The notes: generated by a model from the sequence alone, not told the origin. DNA of 62,525 bases from Candidatus Omnitrophota bacterium (GCA_003140935.1 PLLJ01000037.1:1-62525), one strand, 5' to 3'. Counted from the first letter of the stretch, positions 7,271 to 17,436 are shown. Translations and numbers: made by a program.

Positions 7271-10016
7271 TGAGTTTCTCTTTTTCTTTTTCAAGGATCT
7301 CTTTCGGCGCTTTTGCAGCAAAAGAAGGGTTCTCAACTTTTTTACGTATGTTCTCTATCCATTGTTCGGTCTCCTGGATCTTTTTCTGAAGCCGCTTCTT
7401 CTCCGCTTCCGGGTCCAGGATCCCCTCAAGCGGGACAAACACATCGAAAGCCGCGAAGGAGCTGGCCGCCATCGCGCCTTTTTTCTGGAACGCGCTCACG
7501 CATTGGAGCTCCGTGAGCCGTCCCAGGACTTTCACCTCACGCTCGAAAGCGCGCAAGGTCTCGATCATCCCCGGTTCCTTGCAGACGATGACGGCGGTCA
7601 GTTTATCGGTCGGTGCGATCTGGTAGCGGATCCGGAGATCGCGGAGACCGCTCACCGCGTCTTGCAAGAGGCCGATCGCTTTCTGCGCTTCCGCGTTGTG
7701 AAATTTATTTTCTTCTTCATGCGGCCAACCGGCGAGCATGATGGTCTCAGGCCAGGCCTCGGCATCCGCCGCCTTTTGTTTGAAGGTTTGCCAGATCTCC
7801 TCGGTGATGAACGGCATGAAAGGGTGCAGGAGCCGCAAGATCCTCTCCGTCACATAAAAAAGGACTTTCTTCGTTTGAAGTTTTAAAGCCGGATCGGCGG
7901 ACTGGGTCATGGGTTTTGCGAGCTCGATATACCAGTCGCAAAAATCGTCCCACACGAAATGATAAAGCTCGGTCGACGCCTGAGCGAGGCCGAACTGGGC
8001 AAGGTGCTTTTCGATCATGGCGGCTTTTTCCTCAAGGCGCGACAGGATCCAGCGGCTTGGGAGCGAGAGCTTTACTTTTTTGAACTGCCCGGGATCCGTC
8101 GAAGCGGTCTCGAGGCCTTCGAGCTGCATCAGCACGAACCGGCAGGCATTCCAGACCTTGTTCGCGAAATTGCGGCCGACTTCGAACTTTTCGCGTGAAA
8201 GATAAACATCCTGTGCCGAGAGCATCACGAGACTGTAGCGGAGGGCATCGGCCCCCATCTCTTCGATCACCTCGAGCGGATCGATGGAGTTCCCGAGCGA
8301 TTTCGACATCTTGAGCCCGGTGGCTGCGCGGACCGTGCCGTGAATATTAATTTGGGTGAACGGGACCTCCCCCATGAATTCGAGGCCCGCCATGATCATG
8401 CGCGCCACCCAGAAGAAAATGATCTCCGGAGCGGTCACAAGGTCCGAGGTTGGATAGAATTTTTTCAGATCTTCGGTCTTCGCCGGCCAACCCAATGTCG
8501 AGAACGGCCAAAGCCAGCTGGAAAACCAGGTGTCGAGAACATCCGGATCTTGTTGAAGTTCGGTGTTGCCGCAGGACGGACATTTTGACGGCTTTTCACG
8601 GGCGACGATAATTCCGTCAGAACCGGGGACTCGGGACTTGGGACTCATTTTGGGTTCCTCGTTTCCCGAGTCCCGAGAGACGAGTCCCGCGGCTTGGCAT
8701 TTTTCACAATGCCACGCCGGGATCTGATGCCCCCACCAGATCTGCCGCGAGATGCACCAATCGCGAATGCCGCCGAGCCAATTCAGATAAACCTTGGTCC
8801 ACCGGTCCGGATAGAAAGTTGTTTTTCCCTCTTCATGCGCCTTGAGGGCCTTCGCGGCTAGCGGCTGCATCTTCACGAACCATTGTTTGGACAGATAGGG
8901 TTCGACCACGGTGTCGCACCGGTAGCAATGCCCGACCGCGTGAAGGTGAGAATCGCGTTTGATAAAGAGACCGAGCGCCTCGAGATCATGAACGATCTTT
9001 TTACGTGCGTCGAACCGGTCCATCCCCTTGTAAACACCGCCGCGTTCATTGATCTTGCCGTCCGGTGTCATGACATTGATCTGCTCGAGATGATGGCGGT
9101 GCCCCATCGCGAAGTCGTTGGGGTCATGCGCCGGCGTGACCTTCACAATGCCGGTCCCGAACTCAGGGTCCACGAACGCGTCCGCGATCACGGGGATCTG
9201 GCGGTCCATGAGCGGCAGGATGACCTTCTTACCAACTAAGTGTTTGTAACGCGGATCGTCCGGATGCACCGCGACCGCTGTATCGCCCAGCATGGTCTCG
9301 GGCCGGGTCGTCGCGACCACGATATGGTCTTCGCCCATCTTTTCATAGGGACCGCTCTTCCCCGGGATCGGATACTTGATGTGATAAAGTCCGCCCTGCA
9401 CGTCCTTGTGGGCGGCCTCTTCGTCCGAAAGCGCGGTCTGACAGCGCGGGCACCAGTTGATAATGTAGTTGCCGCGATAAATAAGCCCGCGTTCATAGAG
9501 CGTGACGAACGCCTCACGCACCGCCTTGGAAAGCCCTTCGTCCATGGTGAACCGTTCGCGCGTCCAGTCGCAGGAAGCCCCGAGGCGGCGGAGCTGGCGC
9601 GTAATGGTCGACCCGTGTTCGTTCTTCCATTTCCAGACCTCTTTCAGGAAGGCCTCGCGACCGACGTCCCAGCGGGTCTTCTTTTCCTTGGCGAGTTTTT
9701 TCTCCACCACATTCTGCGTTGCGATCCCGGCATGGTCCACGCCCGGCACCCAGAGCGTGTCCCGGCCTTTCATGCGGTTCCAACGGACGAGAACATCCTG
9801 GATGGAATTATTGAGCGCATGCCCCATGTGCAGGATACCCGTGACATTGGGCGGAGGAATGACAATGACATAAGAGGGGCCCGCGTCTTTATCCGTGGGG
9901 CGTGGCGCTTGGTACGCGCTCCGGTCACTTCGCGGACGGAAATAGCCCTTTGTTTCCCAGAGGGAATACCACTTCGTCTCGACTTGCCTGGAATTGTATT
10001 GTTTGTCTAGTTCCAT
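7218..10016 (-). CDS. valS: Valine--tRNA ligase
   Basis: 932 aa with HIGH-type PPPNVTGILHMGHA, KMSKS (LKMSKSLGN), DVLDTWFSS, and a C-terminal coiled coil. Confidence 0.97.
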   Translation of the reverse strand: MELDKQYNSRQVETKWYSLWETKGYFRPRSDRSAYQAPRPTDKDAGPSYVIVIPPPNVTGILHMGHALNNSIQDVLVRWNRMKGRDTLWVPGVDHAGIATQNVVEKKLAKEKKTRWDVGREAFLKEVWKWKNEHGSTITRQLRRLGASCDWTRERFTMDEGLSKAVREAFVTLYERGLIYRGNYIINWCPRCQTALSDEEAAHKDVQGGLYHIKYPIPGKSGPYEKMGEDHIVVATTRPETMLGDTAVAVHPDDPRYKHLVGKKVILPLMDRQIPVIADAFVDPEFGTGIVKVTPAHDPNDFAMGHRHHLEQINVMTPDGKINERGGVYKGMDRFDARKKIVHDLEALGLFIKRDSHLHAVGHCYRCDTVVEPYLSKQWFVKMQPLAAKALKAHEEGKTTFYPDRWTKVYLNWLGGIRDWCISRQIWWGHQIPAWHCEKCQAAGLVSRDSGNEEPKMSPKSRVPGSDGIIVAREKPSKCPSCGNTELQQDPDVLDTWFSSWLWPFSTLGWPAKTEDLKKFYPTSDLVTAPEIIFFWVARMIMAGLEFMGEVPFTQINIHGTVRAATGLKMSKSLGNSIDPLEVIEEMGADALRYSLVMLSAQDVYLSREKFEVGRNFANKVWNACRFVLMQLEGLETASTDPGQFKKVKLSLPSRWILSRLEEKAAMIEKHLAQFGLAQASTELYHFVWDDFCDWYIELAKPMTQSADPALKLQTKKVLFYVTERILRLLHPFMPFITEEIWQTFKQKAADAEAWPETIMLAGWPHEEENKFHNAEAQKAIGLLQDAVSGLRDLRIRYQIAPTDKLTAVIVCKEPGMIETLRAFEREVKVLGRLTELQCVSAFQKKGAMAASSFAAFDVFVPLEGILDPEAEKKRLQKKIQETEQWIENIRKKVENPSFAAKAPKEILEKEKEKLNDAKSLLVSYKTQLAGL
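8625..8689. repeat. GGGACTC-heptamer palindromic element, in-frame inside valS
   Basis: Left arm GGGGACTCGGGACTTGGGACTC and right arm CCCGAGTCCCGAGAGACGAGTCCCG, the same family as 10027-10103 and 16747-16824. It is translated as VSRDSGNEEPKMSPKSRVPGSDG. Confidence 0.7.
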
Positions 10017-10026
10017 AATAAAAAAC

Positions 10027-10103
10027 GGGACTTGGGACTCGTTCCTAGGGACTCGTTTTGGTTCTTTGTTTTTTCGAATCCCGAGCGACGAGTCCCGAGT
10101 CCC
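10027..10103. repeat. GGGACTC-heptamer palindromic element (intergenic, cimA stop to valS start)
   Basis: The sequence is GGGACTTGGGACTCGTTCCTAGGGACTCGTTTTGG...CGAATCCCGAGCGACGAGTCCCGAGTCCC. The arms are imperfect inverted repeats. It is about 77 nt. Confidence 0.75.
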
Positions 10104-10108
10104 TGCCT

Positions 10109-11671
10109 TTAACCTTTATGCAGTTTATATTCGATGGCTTCCACGAGGGCTTTCCAGCTGGCTTCGATGATGTTCTCATGAACGCCCACCGTGGTCCAGG
10201 TCTTGTCCTTGTCCTGGAATTCGATGAAGACGCGCACCTTGGCGGCGGTCCCGGCCTCGGAGTTGACGACGCGCACTTTATAATCCGTCAGACGGATCTC
10301 GGAGATCGACGGGAACGAACGGCCGAGCGCTTTGCGAAGCGCGGAATCAAGCGCGTTCACCGGACCGTCCCCTTCCGCGGATTCGAAATGCTCCTTACCC
10401 TTGGCCATGATCTTGACGTCCGCGATGGAACGAGGGATCCCTTTACCGATATTCTCGGTCCGGACCGAGATGTCCTCCACTTCGAAGAACGGTTTGAATT
10501 TTCCGAGAAGTTTTTGCACCAGAAGTTCGAAGCTCGCCTCGGCGGCCTCGAATTGGTAGCCCTCGTGCTCGAGGCGCTGGATCTCGGTCAGGATCTTCTG
10601 CGTCTCGGGCGAATCCTTCTGGAAATGCATCTCGAGTTCCCGGGCCTTGATCATGATATTGGTCTTCCCGCCGAGCTCGGAGACGAGATAGCGGCGATAG
10701 TTCCCGAGGGCCTTGGGCTCCACGTGCTCATAAGTTTTCGCGTTTTTTACCATGGCGTTGATATGGATGCCGGCCTTGTGCGCAAAGGCCGAACGGCCCG
10801 CGAACGGCTGATTGTTCATGACCGGCATATTGCAAACCTCGGCCACGTAGTGCGAGAGCGGGGTCAATTCCTTCATCTTCTTCGCCGGAAAACACGGGAC
10901 CTTCATCTTGAACTGGAGGTCCGGGATAATGCTCACGAGATTCGCGTTCCCGCAACGCTCCCCGTAACCGTTGATCGTTCCCTGCACCAGGACGCATCCT
11001 TCGCCCACCGCCTGGATGGAATTCGCGGCCGCGAGCTCGGAATCATTGTGACAATGGATGCCGAGCGGCGTTTTTAAGGAACGTTTCACCCTGAGGATCG
11101 CGTGACGGATCTCGTGCGGCAAGCTCCCGCCGTTGGTGTCGCAAAGCGTGAGATTGTCGGCCCCCGCCTTCGCGGCCTGCTGGAGCGTTTTGATGGCGTA
11201 TTCCCGGTTCGCTTTGAACCCGTCGAAGAAATGCTCCGCGTCATAGATCACTTCGAGCTTCCGGTCCTTAAGATAAGCGACCGTCTCGTAGATCATCAAA
11301 AGATTTTCTTTGAGTGTGGTCTTGAAGACTTCCGAAACGTGAAAATCCCAGGATTTCCCGAACACCGTCACCACCCGGGTGCCGGCCCCGATCAAGGCCT
11401 TCACGTTCGAGTCGTCCTTGATCTTGGTGTGAGCGCGCCGTGTGGATCCGAAGGCCACGATCTTGGAGCGCTTGATCCCGGCTTTTTTGACCATCGCGAA
11501 AAATTCCATGTCCTTGGGGTTGGAGCCCGGCCACCCGCCTTCGATGTAGTGAAGGCCGAACTTATCAAGCCGTTTCGCGATCAGGACCTTGTCATGCGAG
11601 GACAGACTGATCCCCTCGGCCTGGGAGCCGTCGCGAAGCGTGGTGTCATAGAAGAGTATTTTTTTATTCAT
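10109..11671 (-). CDS. cimA: Citramalate synthase-type enzyme (2-isopropylmalate/homocitrate synthase family, LeuA-related)
   Basis: 520 aa with FYDTTLRDGSQAEG, IEGGWPGSNPKD, a HCHND metal site, and a C-terminal LeuA-dimer-like regulatory domain. The pattern and length fit the CimA clade better than long LeuA. Confidence 0.75.
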   Translation of the reverse strand: MNKKILFYDTTLRDGSQAEGISLSSHDKVLIAKRLDKFGLHYIEGGWPGSNPKDMEFFAMVKKAGIKRSKIVAFGSTRRAHTKIKDDSNVKALIGAGTRVVTVFGKSWDFHVSEVFKTTLKENLLMIYETVAYLKDRKLEVIYDAEHFFDGFKANREYAIKTLQQAAKAGADNLTLCDTNGGSLPHEIRHAILRVKRSLKTPLGIHCHNDSELAAANSIQAVGEGCVLVQGTINGYGERCGNANLVSIIPDLQFKMKVPCFPAKKMKELTPLSHYVAEVCNMPVMNNQPFAGRSAFAHKAGIHINAMVKNAKTYEHVEPKALGNYRRYLVSELGGKTNIMIKARELEMHFQKDSPETQKILTEIQRLEHEGYQFEAAEASFELLVQKLLGKFKPFFEVEDISVRTENIGKGIPRSIADVKIMAKGKEHFESAEGDGPVNALDSALRKALGRSFPSISEIRLTDYKVRVVNSEAGTAAKVRVFIEFQDKDKTWTTVGVHENIIEASWKALVEAIEYKLHKG

Positions 11672-11735
11672 ATGTTTGCCGTTTTACGGAGACTGCGTGG
11701 ACAGGCAAGCGCTTCATGCCTGTCCCCGGCTAACC

Positions 11736-12953
11736 TTATTTCTTGCCGAGTCCGAATGCCTGGTGAATGACGCGGGCGGCGAGTTTGCCTTTATCGCCGG
11801 CCACGACGACCGAGATCTTGATCTCGGAAGTGGAGATCATGTCGATATTGATCTTGTTCTTGGCCAGGGTCGAGAACATCTTGGACGCGATGCCGGAATG
11901 GGACCGCATGCCGATCCCGACCACGCTCACCTTCGCGATATTCTCGTCGCAGGTGACGTTCGTGGCGCCGACCTTTTTCATGGCCGCTTTCACGACCTTC
12001 ATGGCCTTCACGAGTTCGTTCTTGAAGACGGTAAAAGAGATGTCCGTGGAATTCGTCTGCGTTTTGTTCTGGATGATCATGTCCACGTTCACATTCGCGT
12101 CCGCCAGGGTCTGAAAGACCTTGGCCGCCACGCCCGGGCGGTCCGAGACGCGGAACAGGGTGATCTTGGCTTCATCTTCGGCTAACGCGACACCGCTTAC
12201 GACGACTTCTTCCATGGCCTTATTCTCCTTCGTGATAAGAGTTCCTTTGTGGTTGTTCTGGGAATTGCAGACCCAGATCGGCATGTTGAATTTTTTTCCG
12301 ACTTCGATCGAACGTGAATGCATGACTTTGGCGCCAAGCGACGCGAGCTCCAGGATCTCATCATAAGTGACCCGGTCCATCTTTTGCGCTTCCGGGATCA
12401 CGCGCGGGTCCGCGGTGAAGATCCCGTCCACGTCCGTGTAGATCTCGCAATGCTTCGCCTTCAAGGCGACCGCAAGCGCCACGGCCGTGAGGTCCGAACC
12501 GCCGCGACCGAGCGTGGTGATCTCACCCGAGGGCGTCTGGCCCTGGAACCCGGCAACGATCACGATCTTCCCGACGGACAGGGCTTTTTTAATGCGCTCC
12601 GCGCTGATATTCTGAATGCGGGCCTTGCTGTGGAATTCATCCGTGATGATCCCCACTTGCGAGCCCGTGAACGAAACCGCCTCATGGCCTAATTTATGGA
12701 CCGCCATCGCCAAAAGCGCGATCGAAACCTGCTCCCCGGTCGAGAGGAGCATATCCATTTCACGCTCCTGGGGATCCTTGTTGATCTGGTCCGCGAGCGT
12801 GATCAGGTCGTCGGTCATATCCCCCATCGCGGAAACGACCACGACCACCTTGTTCCCCGCTTGTTTCGTCTTGATCACACGTTGCGCGACACGCAGGATC
12901 TTTTCCGCATTCGCGACCGATGAACCTCCGTACTTTTGAACGATGAGTCCCAT
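11736..12953 (-). CDS. lysC: Aspartate kinase
   Basis: 405 aa with N-terminal VQKYGGSSV, the kinase core, and two C-terminal ACT domains. Confidence 0.95.
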   Translation of the reverse strand: MGLIVQKYGGSSVANAEKILRVAQRVIKTKQAGNKVVVVVSAMGDMTDDLITLADQINKDPQEREMDMLLSTGEQVSIALLAMAVHKLGHEAVSFTGSQVGIITDEFHSKARIQNISAERIKKALSVGKIVIVAGFQGQTPSGEITTLGRGGSDLTAVALAVALKAKHCEIYTDVDGIFTADPRVIPEAQKMDRVTYDEILELASLGAKVMHSRSIEVGKKFNMPIWVCNSQNNHKGTLITKENKAMEEVVVSGVALAEDEAKITLFRVSDRPGVAAKVFQTLADANVNVDMIIQNKTQTNSTDISFTVFKNELVKAMKVVKAAMKKVGATNVTCDENIAKVSVVGIGMRSHSGIASKMFSTLAKNKINIDMISTSEIKISVVVAGDKGKLAARVIHQAFGLGKK

Positions 12954-12983
12954 GAGATGATCCTTACCCTGATGGATGGACGG

Positions 12984-14189
12984 TTACGACGCCTTGGCCA
13001 TGAAAAAAGGCATCAGCTCCGTGGTTTTATTGAATTTCACTTCCGAGGTTTTGGCCGCGATCTCCGAGAACCGTTCGATCTCGCCGGGCATGATGTTCTT
13101 GCCGGTCATGACGAACGGGACGCTATCGCGGACGATCTCTTTCATTTTCCAAAGGGTCGCATGACCCGGCGTGACCAGAAGGCGGGAATCTTTGGAACGC
13201 TCAAGATATTTTCGGATCTTCGAAAGCACAAAGAAATCGATCCCTTCGATCGCGGAGACCTTCCCCTTCACATCTCCGGCCCGTGACGCTTCCTCGGGAG
13301 TGTGAAGAAAGAGGCAAACAAAATCTTTTTCTTCCATGGCATCGATCGCCACCTTGGAGATCTTGTCATAAAAAACCGCGGGTACTTCGCCCCCGTCCTT
13401 GACCTCCATGACCGTGAGCCCCGCCATGCGGCCCAACCCTTTCGCGTATTCGCGCGCGGCGACCATCGCGCCGCCGGAAACGTCAAAACATTCGCGGAAA
13501 GGCTTAAGGACCGGCTTTTTCCCCTGCCCCCAAAGCCAGATCATGTTCGCGGGGTTCTCGCCGAGATCCACGCGCACCTGATTGATCTCATGGTCCTGCA
13601 AAAGAAGCCGGGCGTCATACATCAATTTCCGCATCAATTCCTCGCCCGGGCCCTTCGGTAGCACATCCTCGATCTTTTCGCCGATCACGCTCTCCGGCGG
13701 CTGGGTCTTCGCGGACAGGGCGTCAAAGCCGTTCGCGTCCTTGATCACCGCGAGGTGCCGGTGGCCGGAACCCGAAAAAAACCTCACAAAATCGCTCGCG
13801 ACCTTTTTATTCAAAAAATTGACGAGCGCCTTTGCCTCTTTGGTGCTGATGGCTCCGGCCGTCGGATCAGCCAGCGTGCCCGCGGCCTCGGTGATGAAAT
13901 TCATGCAGAACGCGACTTCTTTGTCGTCGAGCGTCAATTCCTTATCGGCGGCCTCCAGCGGCCCGCGGCCGGTATAAAGCTTCGACGCGTCGTAGCCTAA
14001 AAGATTGAAGAGACTCACATCCGCGGAAAGCGGCAGACGGTCGGAAACAAGCTTCGCAGTCCCCACCTTGCCGTTCCGCGCAAAAAAGGTCAGATTCGGG
14101 ACCTTGGCCGCTTCCAAGGGAGTCTTTCCCCCGAGCTCCTCGGTCGGATGGTCCGCAGCGCCCGCAAGAACCACAACGATAGATTTCAT
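12984..14189 (-). CDS. Cofactor-independent phosphoglycerate mutase (ApgM) family protein; proposed alternative homoserine kinase
   Basis: 401 aa with LAGAADHP...[14 protein letters not shown]...LLGYD, the N-terminal pattern of the archaeal-type iPGM / alkaline-phosphatase superfamily. It sits between lysC and thrC, and no thrB is present in the operon. Confidence 0.75.
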   Translation of the reverse strand: MKSIVVVLAGAADHPTEELGGKTPLEAAKVPNLTFFARNGKVGTAKLVSDRLPLSADVSLFNLLGYDASKLYTGRGPLEAADKELTLDDKEVAFCMNFITEAAGTLADPTAGAISTKEAKALVNFLNKKVASDFVRFFSGSGHRHLAVIKDANGFDALSAKTQPPESVIGEKIEDVLPKGPGEELMRKLMYDARLLLQDHEINQVRVDLGENPANMIWLWGQGKKPVLKPFRECFDVSGGAMVAAREYAKGLGRMAGLTVMEVKDGGEVPAVFYDKISKVAIDAMEEKDFVCLFLHTPEEASRAGDVKGKVSAIEGIDFFVLSKIRKYLERSKDSRLLVTPGHATLWKMKEIVRDSVPFVMTGKNIMPGEIERFSEIAAKTSEVKFNKTTELMPFFMAKAS

Positions 14190-15256
14190 CGGATGACCTC
14201 CTTTACGGCATCGAGAGTGGATTTGACCTTATAGACCGGATCTTCGAAGCTGAGCGCAAAATCAGGGTCTTTCAATCCCGCACCTGTGAGCGTGATCACA
14301 ATGCGGGAGCCTTCTTTGAAAAATCCCTTCCGGGCGAGATTGATCACTCCGGCGACCGGCGCAACGCTGGCCGGTTCCGCGAACAAGCCTTCGCGCTCCG
14401 CGATAAAACGGTACGCCTTCGTGATCTCTTCGTCCGTCACTTTATCGATCAAGCCGCCCGATTCATCGCGCGCGGCGACAGCGCCCTGCCAGCTCGCGGG
14501 ATTTCCGATACGGATCGCGGTCGCGATCGTCTCCGGTTTTTCCACCGGATGCCCCAGCACGATCGGCGCGGACCCCGCCGCCTGAAAGCCGAGCATCTTC
14601 GGCAAGGTCTCGGACTTCCCCGCTTTTTTATATTCCTTATAGCCCTTCCAGTAAGCCGTGATATTGCCGGCATTCCCGACCGGGATCGCGTGATATTCGG
14701 GCGCGTCCCCGAGATCGTCGACGATCTCGAAGGCCGCCGTTTTCTGTCCTTCGATGCGGTACGGGTTGATGGAATTTACGAGCGTGATCTTGCCTTCCCG
14801 GGTGATCTCTTTGACGAGCTCAAGCGCCTTGTCAAAATTCCCCTCGATCATGATCACCTTCGAGCCGTAACGGTACGCCTGCAACAGTTTTCCTTTGGCG
14901 ATCTTCCCTTCCGGGATCAGCACATAGCATTTCAATCCGCACCGGCACGCGTAGGCCGCGGCGGAGGCGGACGTATTCCCGGTCGAGGCGCACATGACGG
15001 CCTTCGAGCCCGCTTCGACCGCCTTCGAGATCGCCAGGGTCATCCCGCGGTCCTTGAACGAACCCGTCGGGTTCAGGCCTTCGAATTTGTAATAGATCCG
15101 GACATTCTTCAGACCGAGTTCCTGAGGCAAGGCCTCCGCAAGAATGAGCGGCGTGTTGCCTTCATTAAGAGAAATGATAGGCGTCTTATCCGTGACCGGA
15201 AGATATTCCTGATAACGCTCGATGATCCCTATCTTTTTGACCGCGTATTTTCCCAT
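14186..15256 (-). CDS. thrC: Threonine synthase
   Basis: 356 aa with the PLP-lysine motif [10 protein letters not shown]. It overlaps the downstream gene by 4 nt. Confidence 0.93.
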   Translation of the reverse strand: MGKYAVKKIGIIERYQEYLPVTDKTPIISLNEGNTPLILAEALPQELGLKNVRIYYKFEGLNPTGSFKDRGMTLAISKAVEAGSKAVMCASTGNTSASAAAYACRCGLKCYVLIPEGKIAKGKLLQAYRYGSKVIMIEGNFDKALELVKEITREGKITLVNSINPYRIEGQKTAAFEIVDDLGDAPEYHAIPVGNAGNITAYWKGYKEYKKAGKSETLPKMLGFQAAGSAPIVLGHPVEKPETIATAIRIGNPASWQGAVAARDESGGLIDKVTDEEITKAYRFIAEREGLFAEPASVAPVAGVINLARKGFFKEGSRIVITLTGAGLKDPDFALSFEDPVYKVKSTLDAVKEVIR

Positions 15257-15260
15257 ACCG

Positions 15261-16568
15261 TCAGGCCTCTTCGATGCGAATGACCTGGGTCTTGCCCTTG
15301 ATACAGGACATGCCGTCGATCTCGCAAACCGCGGCCCTGAGGTCTTTTTCGTGGGTATCGTGCGTTAAAAGAATGAGCGGCACCACGCGCCCCGCACTGC
15401 GTTCACGCTGCATGACGTCCGAGATGCTGATCTTGTGTTTTCCGAGGATCTTCGAGATATTCGCGAGCACACTGGGCCGGTCGATCACATAGAACCGCAA
15501 ATAATAGCGCGACAGGATCGAAAAAATACTTTTCACGGAAAGGGCCTTCCCGAGCGCCCGGACCATGAACCGGTCTTCCGCGGGCCCCGCCACTCCGGCT
15601 TTCGCGATATCCACCAGGTCCGCGATCACCGCGCTCGCGGTCGGATGCGGTCCCGCCCCGCGGCCGTAAAAAAGCACGTCTCCCACTTCGTCGCCGCGCA
15701 TCAGGATCGCGTTGAACGATCCGTTCACGTTGGCGAGGATGTGCGAATTCGGCAAAAGCGTCGGTTGAACGCGTGCTTCCATACCTTCTCCCGATCGCTT
15801 GGCGATCGCGAGCAATTTGATCGTGTATCCGAATTCCTTGGCGAAGGCGATGTCATCGCTTGAGATCTCGGTGATCCCTTCGCAGTAAATGTCCTTGAAC
15901 TTCACTTTCCCGCCGAAAGCAAAACGGGCGAGGATCGCGAGCTTGTGCGCGGCATCGTGCCCGCTCACGTCAAGAAAAGGGTTCGCCTCGGCGAATCCCT
16001 GCTTTTGGGCGCCGGCCAACGCCTCCTTAAAACTCATGCCCTTGGCGGTCATCTGGGTCAGGATGTAATTCGTAGTGCCGTTGATAATGGCGTGCATCGA
16101 ATCGATACGGTTCGCCGCAAGCCCCTCCCGAAGCGCCTTGATGCACGGAATGCCGCCGCCCACACTCGCTTCGAAACAAAGCCAGCGTTTCATCCGGTGC
16201 GCGAGTTCGAAGATCTCATCGCCGTATTCGGCCAGAAGGGCTTTGTTGGCGGTCACGACATGCTTGCCGTTTTTGAGCGCTTCTTTGATCAATTGGCGGG
16301 CGACCGTCGTGCCGCCGATCAGTTCGACCACGACATCAATGGACGGATCCCGTACGACGGCAAAAGCGTCCTTTGTCATGAGGTGTTTCGGAGGGTGGAC
16401 TTTTTTATTGCGCCCGGGATATTTTTCCGCGATCTTCGCAAGCTCGAAAGACACTCCCAGCTGACGGGCGAACAAAGCCTTCTTCGCCGTAAGGATCTCA
16501 TAAAGGCCGGTGCCGATCTGTCCCAACCCGAGAAGTCCGATCTTGATTTTTTTCATATTTCTCCTCAA
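15261..16568 (-). CDS. hom: Homoserine dehydrogenase
   Basis: 435 aa with the Rossmann motif [12 protein letters not shown], the catalytic domain, and a C-terminal ACT domain. Confidence 0.93.
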   Translation of the reverse strand: MRRNMKKIKIGLLGLGQIGTGLYEILTAKKALFARQLGVSFELAKIAEKYPGRNKKVHPPKHLMTKDAFAVVRDPSIDVVVELIGGTTVARQLIKEALKNGKHVVTANKALLAEYGDEIFELAHRMKRWLCFEASVGGGIPCIKALREGLAANRIDSMHAIINGTTNYILTQMTAKGMSFKEALAGAQKQGFAEANPFLDVSGHDAAHKLAILARFAFGGKVKFKDIYCEGITEISSDDIAFAKEFGYTIKLLAIAKRSGEGMEARVQPTLLPNSHILANVNGSFNAILMRGDEVGDVLFYGRGAGPHPTASAVIADLVDIAKAGVAGPAEDRFMVRALGKALSVKSIFSILSRYYLRFYVIDRPSVLANISKILGKHKISISDVMQRERSAGRVVPLILLTHDTHEKDLRAAVCEIDGMSCIKGKTQVIRIEEA

Positions 16569-16610
16569 GTAAATGCCCTAAGTTCAGCAATGACAAAACC
16601 TTAAGTCGGG

Positions 16611-16660
16611 GCAGCACTGATTCTCATGGATTGAAAATTATAATGTAATCAGTGCAGTCC
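16611..16660 (+). repeat. AT-loop hairpin of the GCAGCACT(T)GATT family (copy B)
   Basis: GCAGCACTGATT - AT-rich loop - AATCAGTGCAGTCC. It is homologous to hairpins at 1226-1272 and 62311-62360. Confidence 0.6.
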
Positions 16661-16746
16661 TGGCTACCTTCAATTTCCAATAAAAGCCAGGGCAGTATAT
16701 CCCACCCCAAAGTAAAAATCAAACAGCCCTTCCTTGTATAAAAAAA

Positions 16747-16824
16747 GGGACTCGTCGCTTGAGACTCGGGAATCGTGAAAACGAGAAACGAAAACGAGTC
16801 CCGAGGAACGAGTGACAAGTCCCC
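16747..16824. repeat. GGGACTC-heptamer palindromic element (intergenic, inverted relative to 10027-10103)
   Basis: The sequence is GGGACTCGTCGCTTGAGACTCGGGAATCG...CGAAAACGAGTCCCGAGGAACGAGTGACAAGTCCCC. Its reverse complement aligns closely with the first ~45 nt of the 10027 copy. Confidence 0.75.
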
Positions 16825-16911
16825 TTTTGTTTTCCGCTTTCTTTACTTTAAAAGCGGTTTATGTATACTATCCCCCTGCTTTCCATCGTGAGCTAAATAA
16901 AGGGTCCGCCT

Positions 16912-17337
16912 ATGAAAAAAGAATTTTGGGTGATACTTGTTCTTGCGATTGCCGCAGCGAACCTCGGCATGCGGTCCAGTGACCAATATGACCAAGACGC
17001 GCGTGAGCAGGAAAAGATCCAGAAACAGATCGATAAAGAGACCCAAGTCCCCGAGGAACGCCACCCTGCAAAGAATTTTGCCACCGGCGTTAAAGAAATG
17101 ACGGTCGATAACGTCAAAGACACGCTTGAGGACACGGCCCATGGCACTATGAGCGAGAAGCCCGTGGTCGGGACACTGGACGGAACGCAACAGGCCGGAG
17201 CGAAGGTCGTCGATAATACCATCAAAGGCGTGAAAAAGGTCGCCTCCCTCGGTTACGCGAAGGACGATAGTTACGAGATCGAACAACCCCAAAAAGGTTC
17301 CGGCGACGCCGCTAAGATCAAGCTCTTCAAGTTTTAA
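16912..17337 (+). CDS. Hypothetical small secreted/periplasmic protein
   Basis: 141 aa with a signal-peptide-like N-terminus (MKKEFWVILVLAIAAANLG), a hydrophilic body, and a rho-independent terminator downstream. The antisense ORFs look like shadows. Confidence 0.5.
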   Translation: MKKEFWVILVLAIAAANLGMRSSDQYDQDAREQEKIQKQIDKETQVPEERHPAKNFATGVKEMTVDNVKDTLEDTAHGTMSEKPVVGTLDGTQQAGAKVVDNTIKGVKKVASLGYAKDDSYEIEQPQKGSGDAAKIKLFKF

Positions 17338-17363
17338 AAATTACGCAGCGCTTCAACAAAAAA

Positions 17364-17390
17364 GCCAGGCTCAAAAAGCCCGGCTTTTTT
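17364..17390 (+). terminator. Rho-independent terminator (A-run upstream, so possibly bidirectional)
   Basis: GCCAGGCT-CAAAA-AGCCCGGC followed by TTTTTT. AAAAAA precedes the stem. Confidence 0.7.
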
Positions 17391-17436
17391 ATGTCCCGAT
17401 CCAACAGACATGAGCGCATCTCTCTTTCCACGGTCA

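Noticed and set aside
10058-11770. Plus-strand ORFs of 339 and 222 aa antisense to cimA
   Set aside because: They are shadow ORFs typical of GC-biased third positions. cimA on the minus strand has clear family motifs.
16624-17292. Minus-strand ORFs 16624..16818, 16843..17292 and 16893..17225
   Set aside because: The first spans the palindromic repeat element. The others are antisense to the plus-strand 141-aa ORF, which has a signal peptide and its own terminator.
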